Source: a virus
Lineage: Duplodnaviria; Caudoviricetes
Length of the DNA: 26,672 nt
Strand: one strand, 5' to 3'
IMG/VR virus record: IMGVR_UViG_3300020044_005419
Span: 1-26,672 of that record
Position numbers and translations under genes: made by a program. The notes beneath the pieces are model-generated. The model ran no database searches and had not been told where the DNA came from. It saw only the letters and a program-made list of their open reading frames with translations. Numbering within the stretch: position 1 is the first letter of the stretch; every line of letters begins with the position of its first letter. Below are positions 13,711 to 23,862 of this stretch, piece by piece.

Positions 13711-14892
13711 TCAAGAAGTGAGGGCTTGTAGTTGCGCAGAAGACAATTTTATCGGGTAGTAGGTGATGCGGCGAAGGTGGCCGTTGAGGTATGTCCCGCC
13801 CAGACGCTGGCCAATGCCTAGCGTATTGATGCCAGAAGGAATTGATCCAGATACGTCGGTCTGCACCGTCCCCCCATTCAGAACCCCCGCAAAATCGTTG
13901 GCCTTGTAAGCACCGGCGATGTTTACGGTTTGGCCCGCCGTCATTGAGCCAAGGTCAAGATTGGCTTGCGTAGTGCCGTTGCTGACCGAAAACAGCGGTA
14001 CAGCCAAATCAAACATCCCAATGTTTATCTCAAAGCTGTTTGACACGCCATTAGATAATTGCGCAAAGCTGACCGTGGCCGCACCCGGTGAACCAAGTAC
14101 GGAGCCAGAAAACATAATCGTCCCCTCAGTCGCGTTGTACCAAGGGCTCAGCGTGTTCACCGCCGCCACATCAGCAGAGCGCGTGACCTGAGAGGCTACA
14201 GTGGGGATGTAGCTGGTGGCGAAGGAGCCGGCTTCAATCTGCCAAGCACTTGTTTTGAATGTTCTATTGCTGTTTGTGTTGTATTTCACAACACCGTTAT
14301 TTCCTAAGTTGGTGGCTTGTGAAATGACAAAGCCGGATACCCTATAAAGACCACCACCAAAGTTTTCAACAATGTATGTACTTACCGGAACTGCGCCGCC
14401 ACTTACAACTAACGCAAAATCATTTAATGGATTGGTAGTTGTTGATGAGCCAAAAACAGGTGCATTACCGTCATCCATCCGAACAAAAACACTTATTGCA
14501 TATTGAGTTGTGGCGGCAACCGTGCCTTTGTATAAAAACGATGTAGTTGTTCCGTCATGCCCAAAAGCAGCCGCAGTGATTGTTGCGCCTGTTGGTCCCG
14601 TCATTGTTGACGAAGTAACCAACCCGGTTCCTGAAACTCCAGAATTGAAGTCACTGTACGTAAACAGATTCGTCCGCTGCTCCTCAATCAGCAAGCCCTT
14701 TGCAGCCAGCGTCACGGGGTCATAGTCAAACCTCGGGACATTCGCCCCAACCGTCTGGATCAGGCCCAGTGAGTTCGTGACCGTGGCAATGCTGCTCCGG
14801 GTGAACGTGATCCGAGGATCAAGAGCGCCGACGTTTGCGAAGTCCAACTCTAGGGTTGGGTTGGTCGTGGGGAAGTTGTTAGAGAAAGACAT
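13711..14892 (-). CDS. Virion spike/fibre protein with a LamG/ConA-like C-terminal domain
   Basis: TFTRSS.AT, PRFDYDP, GLLIEEQRTN, QIEAGSFATSYIPT, LNGHLRRITYYP. Confidence 0.75.
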   Translation of the reverse strand: MSFSNNFPTTNPTLELDFANVGALDPRITFTRSSIATVTNSLGLIQTVGANVPRFDYDPVTLAAKGLLIEEQRTNLFTYSDFNSGVSGTGLVTSSTMTGPTGATITAAAFGHDGTTTSFLYKGTVAATTQYAISVFVRMDDGNAPVFGSSTTTNPLNDFALVVSGGAVPVSTYIVENFGGGLYRVSGFVISQATNLGNNGVVKYNTNSNRTFKTSAWQIEAGSFATSYIPTVASQVTRSADVAAVNTLSPWYNATEGTIMFSGSVLGSPGAATVSFAQLSNGVSNSFEINIGMFDLAVPLFSVSNGTTQANLDLGSMTAGQTVNIAGAYKANDFAGVLNGGTVQTDVSGSIPSGINTLGIGQRLGGTYLNGHLRRITYYPIKLSSAQLQALTS

Positions 14893-14901
14893 GGTTATCC
14901 T

Positions 14902-17900
14902 TTAGGCTACACGATAGACCGTGAACGTGTTGGCGGCAGTCTTGCGGAACCGGAACGTGCCAGAGGTGTTGCCCGATACCGTGAGGTTACCCACCGTGGT
15001 ATTGCCGTTGGCAGCAATCGTGATCGCGTTGGCAGTCGTGGCGATGAAGGTGCATTCAAACGCAGTGTTTGTTGTCATGCTTGCCATGTAACCTTCCAAC
15101 GTAGTACCCGTTGGTAGCGTCAGCGTGACTGCTGCGTTGCTGGTGATGATCCGCGCTTGAAGGTTGGCTGCCGTCAGAGTAACTGAGGTGTTTTGTGCAG
15201 ACTCCCCAGGCTGATATGCGCTTTGATTGCCGGTGCTTGTAACCCTTGCACACTCAATACCACTTACAAAAGTAGTTACACCAAAACCAGAAGCCACAAG
15301 ATCAATTCCATTAGCATCTGTTGCAAGACGCATGGAACTAGGAGTACGAAAAGTTCCAAAACCACTTTCGCTTACTATTTTGTACCCAGAAATACTTGCG
15401 CCGCCATTGACTGTAAGTTGAACGCCAGATACTGGAGTAGTAGTACCAAGCAACAAATTCCCACTCGCATCCAGCGTCATTGCCTGGGTGAAGGAGATCG
15501 CGTTGCCTGCGGTGCCAGAGGGGGCATTACTCCAAGAATGAACACCGCTAATTTGAGAATATCTGGCAGCGAGCGTACTTGAATATCTGTACTTCCACCC
15601 AGTATCAAAATAAGCGTTTTGTAGGATATAACAGTCACTGGCCCCTGGTTGCGCCATAAAGGCACCAGCACCCATATCCAGAGCGCGATAGCCTACGTTC
15701 CAAGCAACGGGAGTAACTCCCAGCCCCAAATTGCCCGACCCATCAAGCCGCATCCTCTCCGTACCACCCGTACTCCATGCCATCACACCAGCAGCAGGGA
15801 ACCACCGGCCCGTGGTCAGGTCAGTCGCGCTTGCAATCGAAGGCAGTGCCGCAGTCCCAGCAGAGAAGCCCGCTTGTCCAGCAATAGCCGATGCGTTCTG
15901 ATACGCCAGACTGCCCAGGTACTGATTCAGCGGAATCTTGTTGGGAGCAGTGCCTACGTCGAACTGAGAGGCTACTATGTACTGAACGCTGCTGACAGTT
16001 TCGCTGATCGTACCGTTGACGGTCAGGAGCGAGGAGTTTGTGTTTGTAGTGGTGCCTACAAGGAAATTGCCAGTGGAGCCTATGCGGAGGCGTTCTGAAC
16101 CATTACCAATCGTCAACGATCCATCAACACGGTTGTTATCAATTAACCATGCGCCACCCAGAGAGTCCAACCTTAGTCGCGCAATTGCCGATGAACTGGC
16201 TGAAAGATTAACTATCTGTGCAGCCAACACGCCAGCAACCGTCCCGGATACGTCCAGCCGCGCCCCCGGAGCAGCCGTCCCAATCCCCAAATTGCCCGAC
16301 GCATCCAACGTCATCGCCTGGGTGAATGTGATGGCGTTACCTGCGGTGCCCGAGGGGGCGTTGTACCAAGTGTGGATGCCGGCACCTTGCTGATATACGG
16401 ACGCCAATCCAGTTGTAATGTACTTCCAAACACCGTCGTAGTACGCATTCTTGGACACCCCAAGTTGCCCAACTGCAAACTGCGTCGGCAACTGAAGAGT
16501 TGGTACAGACCAAGCGCTCGGCGTTACCCCCAAGCCGAGGTTGCCGGAGGAGTCGAGACGCATGCGCTCGGAACCACCCGTAGATGCCGCCAACGTGTCG
16601 GCAGCAGGGAACCAGAATCCTGTGTTCTCGTCACCAAACCGTGTAAGTGAAGGCGTTGCCGCAGCACCCGCTGCAAATTGCACATTCCCAGCAAAATAGT
16701 TCGCTGCCGTGCCAGAAGCGTAGATGTTCCACTTGTTCGTGCCGCTGGAGACAAGGCTGGTGATGCCGTAGTTGTTTGTGCCTTGGGTTTGGTCGTAGAC
16801 ATACAGACCGTGCAGATTCGTGATGGTAGAGCCAGCGCCTTTCGACGAGTCAGCCGCTGCATACCCAATAAGCGTGTCTAAGATAAAACTTGCAGCCTCA
16901 GTTCTTGGAAACGAACTAAACGATCTAAATAGGCTCGTCGCTGCACTACTTGCTCTGGCAGAGGAATAGATGCCGATCTGATTTGACCCCGTAAGTGCGG
17001 TGCTTTCTACGTCAATAGCCCTTGCGCTATTCGCAGCACCCCCCACCCCCATATACCCGTTCACCTGCACAGTGTCGGTGGTGGCGTCTCCAAGGGTGGT
17101 GTTGCCCGTAATGTTGAGGGCCGAAGAACCAAGCGTTGTCCCATCAAACGTCAGGTTGGCAGACTGCCCAATTGCTGAAGTAGATGAAGCGTAGAGTACA
17201 CGGTTGGCAGTGTAAGAAGAAAGCCCAGTTCCGCCATTGGCCGTAGAAAGCGTCCCAGCAAGCGATACAGCGCCCGTAGTGGCAGTGGCAGGGGTGAGCC
17301 CCGTGGTGCCACCAGAGAACGACAGAACGCCCGTATTGCCTACCGTGATGGACGATGCGCCATTGGTGACGCTGATACCGGACCCAGCCGTGATGCCAGC
17401 GTTCTTCCAGAGGTCTGTTGCCGCGTCATAGATCAGCGTGTTCCCGTTGACCGGGTTAATGATCTGGACATCGTGAATCTCATCCAGTTCATAGCCGTTT
17501 TGGACTCGGACGTAAATCTGCCCAGCCCCGGCATTGGCCCGCTCGACTACACCAACGTAGACAAGGTGATTGGGAGCCTGGGGCTTGACGTTCGTAAGAG
17601 TGCCCGCGGTGGCACCCAGATAGAGCGTGTCGCCTTCGTTGTAAGCACTGGTGTTCAGTCCATCAAGAGTGCCTTGGCAGGTAACCAAGCCCTGAGCGTT
17701 AGGCGCAATGTTTTCGGCAGCAAGACCAAGAGTTTTTGCAGAGGTTGCGTCCGAGGTGTTGAACGCCAGCTTGACCGTAGCCAGGTTTCCTTGAGCCGCA
17801 AACAGATAGACAGGCTGACCCTTGAGGATGGTGACTGCTTCTGCGTTGCGAACTTCAGCAAACAGAACCTCAGTAACGATAGGAGAAATTGGGCCAACCT

Positions 17901-18045
17901 GCTCAGTGGTTCCGTCAGTGAACGTGAACAGCAGGTAGTAGTCCGCGCCTACAGTGACAAGGGAGACATCTTCAACGCCTCGACCCTGCCGACCCTGGTC
18001 AACTTCAATGACGATATTGTTCGCGTCTTGGACGATGACTTCCAT
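14902..18045 (-). CDS. Long tail fibre protein
   Basis: 1047 aa, G/S/T/A-rich; repeated ERMRLD.SGNLG.G and AMTLDASGNL shaft motifs. Confidence 0.85.
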   Translation of the reverse strand: MEVIVQDANNIVIEVDQGRQGRGVEDVSLVTVGADYYLLFTFTDGTTEQVGPISPIVTEVLFAEVRNAEAVTILKGQPVYLFAAQGNLATVKLAFNTSDATSAKTLGLAAENIAPNAQGLVTCQGTLDGLNTSAYNEGDTLYLGATAGTLTNVKPQAPNHLVYVGVVERANAGAGQIYVRVQNGYELDEIHDVQIINPVNGNTLIYDAATDLWKNAGITAGSGISVTNGASSITVGNTGVLSFSGGTTGLTPATATTGAVSLAGTLSTANGGTGLSSYTANRVLYASSTSAIGQSANLTFDGTTLGSSALNITGNTTLGDATTDTVQVNGYMGVGGAANSARAIDVESTALTGSNQIGIYSSARASSAATSLFRSFSSFPRTEAASFILDTLIGYAAADSSKGAGSTITNLHGLYVYDQTQGTNNYGITSLVSSGTNKWNIYASGTAANYFAGNVQFAAGAAATPSLTRFGDENTGFWFPAADTLAASTGGSERMRLDSSGNLGLGVTPSAWSVPTLQLPTQFAVGQLGVSKNAYYDGVWKYITTGLASVYQQGAGIHTWYNAPSGTAGNAITFTQAMTLDASGNLGIGTAAPGARLDVSGTVAGVLAAQIVNLSASSSAIARLRLDSLGGAWLIDNNRVDGSLTIGNGSERLRIGSTGNFLVGTTTNTNSSLLTVNGTISETVSSVQYIVASQFDVGTAPNKIPLNQYLGSLAYQNASAIAGQAGFSAGTAALPSIASATDLTTGRWFPAAGVMAWSTGGTERMRLDGSGNLGLGVTPVAWNVGYRALDMGAGAFMAQPGASDCYILQNAYFDTGWKYRYSSTLAARYSQISGVHSWSNAPSGTAGNAISFTQAMTLDASGNLLLGTTTPVSGVQLTVNGGASISGYKIVSESGFGTFRTPSSMRLATDANGIDLVASGFGVTTFVSGIECARVTSTGNQSAYQPGESAQNTSVTLTAANLQARIITSNAAVTLTLPTGTTLEGYMASMTTNTAFECTFIATTANAITIAANGNTTVGNLTVSGNTSGTFRFRKTAANTFTVYRVA

Positions 18046-18048
18046 GAT

Positions 18049-18531
18049 TTACACCTTGTAGATTGCGTCAGAGCGGACCAAGAAGAACAGGAAGATGATG
18101 AAGTCTTGCGCCGGGTCGAGACCTTGCACAGGATATTCAATCTTGATGCGACCACTGAATGCCACCGGATTCACCCGGTCAATCGTCAACTCAGGGTCAG
18201 AGTTCAGCAGGCTCCATGCGCTGTCATCAATCACCAAGGTGAAAGAGCCATTCGCTGGCGAGAAGTTGCTGATGGTCAGACTGATAGGAGTCGGTACGGG
18301 TGTGTAGTCACCCACATCAAAGGACAACCCATTGCGGGTGTCGATCAGGTTCGTGACGGTCCTGCGAACAATCTGAGCAGTGACAGTCGCACCCGTGAGA
18401 TCAAAGGGAACTCCGCTGTTTTGCAGCGACAGATTCCAGTAGGTTTTCTGGTTCCAGACCAGTTCGCCAGACAAGACCGGGGCGTCAAATCCCGAGACTT
18501 GGGAAATGACGTTCTTAGAGAAACGTGCCAT
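18049..18531 (-). CDS. Virion protein, BppU-like fibre adaptor
   Basis: PFDLTGATV.AQI motif; directly upstream of the fibre gene. Confidence 0.55.
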   Translation of the reverse strand: MARFSKNVISQVSGFDAPVLSGELVWNQKTYWNLSLQNSGVPFDLTGATVTAQIVRRTVTNLIDTRNGLSFDVGDYTPVPTPISLTISNFSPANGSFTLVIDDSAWSLLNSDPELTIDRVNPVAFSGRIKIEYPVQGLDPAQDFIIFLFFLVRSDAIYKV

Positions 18532-18598
18532 ACCTATCCCTTACGAGGGTTGCGAACCCCTAGGTAGGCCCAGAGGTACGAGGTCTTGTCTTTGCTTG

Positions 18599-18627
18599 AT
18601 TCTAGCCGCGAGATCGTATCAGATCAA
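18599..18627 (-). promoter_or_regulatory. Internal sigma70-type promoter for the fibre/lysis block
   Basis: TTGATC (18627-18622), 17 nt spacer, TAGAAT (18604-18599), at the only sizeable intergenic gap in the late region. Confidence 0.6.
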
Positions 18628-18934
18628 CGAAATGCCAAAGGTCTTCTTTGCGGAAGGTTCCTGCTGGCTTGTTTGGTGCCCATGAAGGATTAGCACTCAT
18701 CAGTTCTGTGTAATCCAGCCTATCTTCACGGATCACCAAACCCGTCATGGATTGAACAACCCCAGGGTTGTCAGCGATCATGATCGTTTCGTAGGTTTGA
18801 TTTGTGAACGGGACAAATACTCCGCTTACATCAGAACCTTTGCCAATAAGCACCCTCACCCAAGCACCAACCTGATGCTCAAAGAAGATGATGTCTTCAG
18901 CAATGATTTGTTCTGGGATCGTTTGTGTTCTCAT
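18602..18934 (-). CDS. Hypothetical protein downstream of the tail tip gene
   Basis: AAGGA RBS; WAPNKP.GTFR..DLW motif. Confidence 0.7.
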   Translation of the reverse strand: MRTQTIPEQIIAEDIIFFEHQVGAWVRVLIGKGSDVSGVFVPFTNQTYETIMIADNPGVVQSMTGLVIREDRLDYTELMSANPSWAPNKPAGTFRKEDLWHFVDLIRSRG

Positions 18935-18942
18935 GTCTTTCC

Positions 18943-21900
18943 TTAGACGTAACCAGGGAACCAGACAACAGCACCGTCATTCGTGGACACCTTGATCCAA
19001 GCAGCGCGGTTGTTTGGGTCTGTAGGAGCAGTATTGTTGTTCACATAGTAGAGATATTTCCCATTGGTAGTTCCTGATGCAATCTCAACAAAAGCGGAGG
19101 CGTGTTTGCCGTCCAGTTGGTCTGCGTTTAGGTTGGTGACCAGTGTCGTGCTGGTCATGGTCATCGGGCCTTCAACAGACAAAGCCGTTCCAGTACTTGT
19201 GTTCTTTGCAACTACTCCAATTGCCGCGGCTGTAGTCGAGACACCTTGAACTCCAATACTTGCCCCGCTTGAGTTTGTGTATCCATAGACGCCAAAACTG
19301 ACACCAGTTGTCTTTGACTGACCAAGCACACCAATGTCTGCCGTGCCTCCGCTATTGGCCTTCAGTGCGGTGCTTAGGGCAAATGCTGTACTTGTATTGC
19401 CAGTAAATTCTCCAGCCCCGTTCGCGTAGATGTTCCCGGTCACCGTCATCGCAGTTCCATCCCAAGTCAGGGATTGCGTAGACGATCCGATGGAGAACTT
19501 GTAGGCTGCACCGCTATACCCAAGGAAGAAACCAGTTCCGGTGTTATATGCTGTCTGTCCACCCTTGATGTGACCCAGTGTATTGATGGTCAGCGCATCT
19601 TGAACTGTCAGCGCACCAGTGTTTACCGTGATGGCAGAAAGAGAGCCGACCTTTAGCGTGGACAAGTAAGGAACATTCCATACCGTGTTCCCGGTAATAG
19701 GATCATAGACACCATCACTTTGATATACAGATTGACCAGCAATGATAGTTGGAGGAGTCGCAACCCAGTTCTGATTGACGCCACTGATTGTCGCCCCCCA
19801 TGATCCAGCAGCAGGGAAACTTCCAGAGCCAGCAGTGGTAATAGTAGTTGGTGTGCTGTTAAGGCTTGTCAGGTCTGTTGAGGTATAGCAAATGCGTGAT
19901 GATGCGCCGTTTGTTCCATTAGTACCATTAGTCCCGTTGGTTCCGTTGGTGCCGTTGGTTCCAGAATATCCATAAGCCAGAATGCTGGCAGAAGTCCAGT
20001 TGAATGCCGTTGTGGTATTGGTAGAACTTACATTGAGATAAACAACTGCCGCCCACAAAGTAAATCCAGCGGATGGCGAAGTGCCTGGAGTAAGTGACCA
20101 TCCTGATGGAGCGGAACCAAATGATCCAGTAGACCAAGTATAAGTAGCAGTTCCGCTAGGCCCGGTTGGAATGCTTGCTGCCCACTGATACACAATAGCG
20201 CTTGCGGATTGAAGGCCATTGGACCCATTGGTTCCATTTGTTCCGTTCGTTCCGTTTGTACCAGCATATCCAATAATATATGCTGTACTTGTAGACCAAG
20301 TAACTGACGATGTGGCTGTCGTGTTGGTGTCTGAATACAGTTGCTGGCAAGCGTAGAGATTTTGACCTGGCGATCCTGATCCTGGGGCTTGGGTCCAGCC
20401 GTTAAGCGTTGGATTGGTAAATGTTCCTGTCGCCCAGGTGTAGGTGCTTGACCCACTTGGAAACAAAGCAGGAGTAGTGGATGCCCACTGATAGAGTTCT
20501 AGTTGAGCTGTTCTAGTTCCGTTTGTTCCGTTTGTTCCGTTCGTCCCATTGGTGCCATTAGTCCCGTTGGTTCCATTTGTGCCTGCATACCCAACAATGT
20601 TTGCAACCGCAACCGTCCAACTAACAGTAGATGTTGATGTTGTCCCTGTATCTGAATATGCTTGAGTTGCAGAATAAAGAGTCTGCCCAGCTGATCCAGT
20701 TCCAGGGTTTTGTACCCAACTATTGGGAGTAGATGGCGCAGTAAATGATGCCGTTGACCAAGTGTAAGTACTTGTTCCTGATGGAAATACTGTTGGAGTG
20801 CTTGATGCCCACTGATAAACAGTCAGTTGTGCAGTTCTAGTTCCATTAGTTCCGTTAGTCCCGTTCGTTCCGTTTGTACCATTGGTGCCCGCATATCCAA
20901 CAATGAAGGTAGTACTGGTAGTCCATGTGACCGTTGATTGTGAGGTTGTCGCTGTATCAGCGTATTCTTGAATTACAGAATACAGATTCTGACCAGCCGC
21001 ACCAGGCCCAGGTGTTTGACTCCAGCTATTAAGTGTCGGATCAGTAAAAGTTCCATTTGACCAAGTGTAGGTACTTGTCCCAGACGGGAAAGTCGTTGGA
21101 GTGCTGGACGCCCACTGATAGAGTTGTAGTCGAGCGGTTCGGGTTCCGTTAGTCCCAGAGTCCGCAAACGTAAACGAAACCTTAGACGCTGAGTATTGAG
21201 TGACATTCCCATTCGGGTCTTTGTATCGAACAGGAACAGACAGGGTAGCACCAGTAGTGGTCATTGCAGTAGGTGCGCCCCACTGAGCATAACTACCACC
21301 ATCTGTAATGCTGCCCATGACAAGACCACCAGTTGTGGTGATGTCTGCATTACCTGTAACGTCACTTCCTCCAATTCGCCATGTGTTATCTACAAATGCA
21401 ACATCTGCATCTGTTTGAGATGTGACAAACTCAATTGGCCCCGTAGCATTAGATCCAAATAGTTGAGTGATGATCCCAGTAAATGATGGGGTGCCGACTG
21501 TTCGAGGGACAAGGATGGCCGCGGGCTGAAAACTGGCAATGAATGTTGCTGAAGATATGGTTGCCCAAGAAAACTTAGCAGACATTGCCGACAGTTCAGA
21601 AGAACCAATTTCATTGGCAACGCTGAACGCAAAATAGTAATCATCTGTGCCAAGAATGACATCAGTAAACTTAAGTGCGACACCCTGTGTAAAAGGCTGA
21701 GAGTTGGGAGAAATCTGAGTTGCCCAAATCTTCCAGTCTGTTTGAGTTGGTGATGCTACCGTTGTGTAAAAAAGACTTACAGAAGTTACTCTTCCAGAAG
21801 AAGGCAGTTGGCATGTAACGCTAAATTTTGGTGGGTTATCTGACGGCTTTTCTTCCGAAAAAGTGGGGGCAGATAATGAAGGGAAATAATAGACTGACGC

Positions 21901-23418
21901 AAGCCCGCTATTGGGCGCTGACGAAAACTGAGTAATAGTCCCGTCGTCATAGACGTTAGCGTTGTATTCGGAACACTCAATCCTAGCCCCGAGGTTGCCG
22001 TCAGGAAGTGACGCTTCTTGTACCTTTGTGACGCGGAATAGTTTTGCTGACCAGCCGTAGTCCGTATTGGTTACTGAGATCACATCCCCGGCGTCAACTT
22101 GAATCCCGGTGTAGGCAGTTGAGAAGGAGACAATCAGGTCTTCACGGGCTTGCTCGAGGATGCGGTTGGCAAGGTATGAGGCTTGTACGGAGTCGTTGAC
22201 CAGATCAAAGCTAGTCGTGTACTTGTTTACAGGCTCGTTAGGATAAAGAAGCCCTGCTGGGGTCTGAAGGAAAACGTACTCCGGTTGATCCTTGTTGTCC
22301 CTAAAGGGGAACGAAACTTCAATTTGATTGATGGAGGACGCAAGATCAACCACAGAGACTTTGATGTCTCCAATGATGTTGCTGTCGTTGAAGGCGAACC
22401 CAGTGGACTCTGCCTTGTTGATGACAGGAGCCCATTGGCCTGTAGAGGCTTGGTAGGCCAGCCATGAGTCACAAGACACCAGAATCTTGTCTACGTTGTC
22501 CAGCACCGATCTGCCAGTGTCAATGACTCCGTTGATTCTGTACCTAGCCTGAGTCGCTGAACCGCCCCCAGAGGGCGTATAGGAGATCGTGGCGTCTGAG
22601 TAAGTGTTCAAAGCCGCACAGGCAGTGGAGTTGACGTTAGCGGGAAGTACCGCACCACCGTAGTTCTGCGTCAAATAGTCAAACAGGACATCACCAGGCT
22701 TGGCGAGTCCAGTGCCGTTAAGAGCGTGTTTGACCTTGAAGGTGACAGGCTGGAGAGAAGTTGTTCCCGCATCCCGGTTGTAGATCAGTTTGATGATGGC
22801 AAACGCCAGGCCATTCATCTGCCGGGTTCCCGTCCATCGCAGGCTAGGAGTAATGTCAGCCCCGCCCATGAACGTGGATGGAGCAGTTCCGGTGACGTTG
22901 GTGATGACTCCAGCAGTGGTGGAGGTGTAGAGGTTGATGTAAAGGTTGCCGCTGACCTTCGTGTCTACGTTCCCGGCCCCGTCAGTCAGCGAAACAACCT
23001 TGGTCGGATCAGTGCCATCAAACGTGATGAGCCGGTCGCCGTAATAGAACTTGGTTGTGTCGTAAGTGAATTGACCAGCAGGAATTCCATTAGCAGGATT
23101 ACCCGGCGAGATGTTAGAAATCGCCATGACGTAATACATCGCTTGCTGATCAGTCGTGAGGACCGCATCAACAAACGTGCCGCCCATCCAGGCATCTCCG
23201 TACACAACTGGGATGGAATTGGTGGAACTTGGAGGTACTTGCTGTCGTACTCCGCTATCTTGCTGCTTGGATGCCTGCTGACCGAATACGCGGGTGATGA
23301 TGTAAGAAGCCGCGAAGTTGATCGCAAAGGTAGCGACTGCAAGACCAGTTGCGCCAAGAGCCGCTGCGGCCATGAACGTGCTGCCGAATACAGCCGACAG
23401 AACTACTGATGCTGGCAT
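18943..23418 (-). CDS. Tail tip / central fibre protein (gpJ-like) with collagen-like GTN repeats
   Basis: IPVVYG, RYRINGVID, Q.DAGDVI.VT hub motifs; C-terminal repeat modules; NADQLDG near the end. Confidence 0.85.
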   Translation of the reverse strand: MPASVVLSAVFGSTFMAAAALGATGLAVATFAINFAASYIITRVFGQQASKQQDSGVRQQVPPSSTNSIPVVYGDAWMGGTFVDAVLTTDQQAMYYVMAISNISPGNPANGIPAGQFTYDTTKFYYGDRLITFDGTDPTKVVSLTDGAGNVDTKVSGNLYINLYTSTTAGVITNVTGTAPSTFMGGADITPSLRWTGTRQMNGLAFAIIKLIYNRDAGTTSLQPVTFKVKHALNGTGLAKPGDVLFDYLTQNYGGAVLPANVNSTACAALNTYSDATISYTPSGGGSATQARYRINGVIDTGRSVLDNVDKILVSCDSWLAYQASTGQWAPVINKAESTGFAFNDSNIIGDIKVSVVDLASSINQIEVSFPFRDNKDQPEYVFLQTPAGLLYPNEPVNKYTTSFDLVNDSVQASYLANRILEQAREDLIVSFSTAYTGIQVDAGDVISVTNTDYGWSAKLFRVTKVQEASLPDGNLGARIECSEYNANVYDDGTITQFSSAPNSGLASVYYFPSLSAPTFSEEKPSDNPPKFSVTCQLPSSGRVTSVSLFYTTVASPTQTDWKIWATQISPNSQPFTQGVALKFTDVILGTDDYYFAFSVANEIGSSELSAMSAKFSWATISSATFIASFQPAAILVPRTVGTPSFTGIITQLFGSNATGPIEFVTSQTDADVAFVDNTWRIGGSDVTGNADITTTGGLVMGSITDGGSYAQWGAPTAMTTTGATLSVPVRYKDPNGNVTQYSASKVSFTFADSGTNGTRTARLQLYQWASSTPTTFPSGTSTYTWSNGTFTDPTLNSWSQTPGPGAAGQNLYSVIQEYADTATTSQSTVTWTTSTTFIVGYAGTNGTNGTNGTNGTNGTRTAQLTVYQWASSTPTVFPSGTSTYTWSTASFTAPSTPNSWVQNPGTGSAGQTLYSATQAYSDTGTTSTSTVSWTVAVANIVGYAGTNGTNGTNGTNGTNGTNGTNGTRTAQLELYQWASTTPALFPSGSSTYTWATGTFTNPTLNGWTQAPGSGSPGQNLYACQQLYSDTNTTATSSVTWSTSTAYIIGYAGTNGTNGTNGTNGSNGLQSASAIVYQWAASIPTGPSGTATYTWSTGSFGSAPSGWSLTPGTSPSAGFTLWAAVVYLNVSSTNTTTAFNWTSASILAYGYSGTNGTNGTNGTNGTNGTNGASSRICYTSTDLTSLNSTPTTITTAGSGSFPAAGSWGATISGVNQNWVATPPTIIAGQSVYQSDGVYDPITGNTVWNVPYLSTLKVGSLSAITVNTGALTVQDALTINTLGHIKGGQTAYNTGTGFFLGYSGAAYKFSIGSSTQSLTWDGTAMTVTGNIYANGAGEFTGNTSTAFALSTALKANSGGTADIGVLGQSKTTGVSFGVYGYTNSSGASIGVQGVSTTAAAIGVVAKNTSTGTALSVEGPMTMTSTTLVTNLNADQLDGKHASAFVEIASGTTNGKYLYYVNNNTAPTDPNNRAAWIKVSTNDGAVVWFPGYV

Positions 23419-23421
23419 GTC

Positions 23422-23862
23422 TTATTCCTTAACGAATGTCGTTTCAATCTTCTTGAACCCAGGCAGACTCTCCACACTGGATGTGTGCATGAGGGATGCA
23501 CATACGATGTCCCCACGTTTCTCGCGTATGAGTCTCTCGGAGTGCTTCACGAACTCAAAGAACAGTCTGCCGCCAATCGTGCTGTTCCTGTACTCTGGGT
23601 GAACCCACCAAGCCACTTCCTTGATCTCTGCAACCGTAGGACACCAGAAGTTAGGCGTGATGATCGCGGCCAGCATTCCCCTCATCTGATCATCAACTAG
23701 AACAAACCCTCGACCAACAATAAGCGACTCGAGAACAGTCTTGATGTAGTCGTGATCGTGATGCTCTTTCCGAGAAAGCATCTCAATAGGAGACTCGGCG
23801 GCGTATTTCCGCATCATCTCCGTCAGGACGGGAACATCGAACTTACATGCCAAGCGGATCAT
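23422..23862 (-). CDS. GNAT-fold protein in the tail operon
   Basis: MIRLA...D, E.AWWVHPEYR.STIG.RL, GFKK.E motifs. Confidence 0.75.
   Translation of the reverse strand: MIRLACKFDVPVLTEMMRKYAAESPIEMLSRKEHHDHDYIKTVLESLIVGRGFVLVDDQMRGMLAAIITPNFWCPTVAEIKEVAWWVHPEYRNSTIGGRLFFEFVKHSERLIREKRGDIVCASLMHTSSVESLPGFKKIETTFVKE

Noticed and set aside
14902-16620. Diversity-generating retroelement TR/VR pair or invertible fibre cassette
   Set aside because: Repeat differences are mostly synonymous and not adenine-specific, the copies are direct and in frame, and no reverse transcriptase or invertase is in the window.
17473-18567. 364-aa plus-strand ORF, and similar ones such as 22726-23409
   Set aside because: Antisense shadows of well-supported tail genes.
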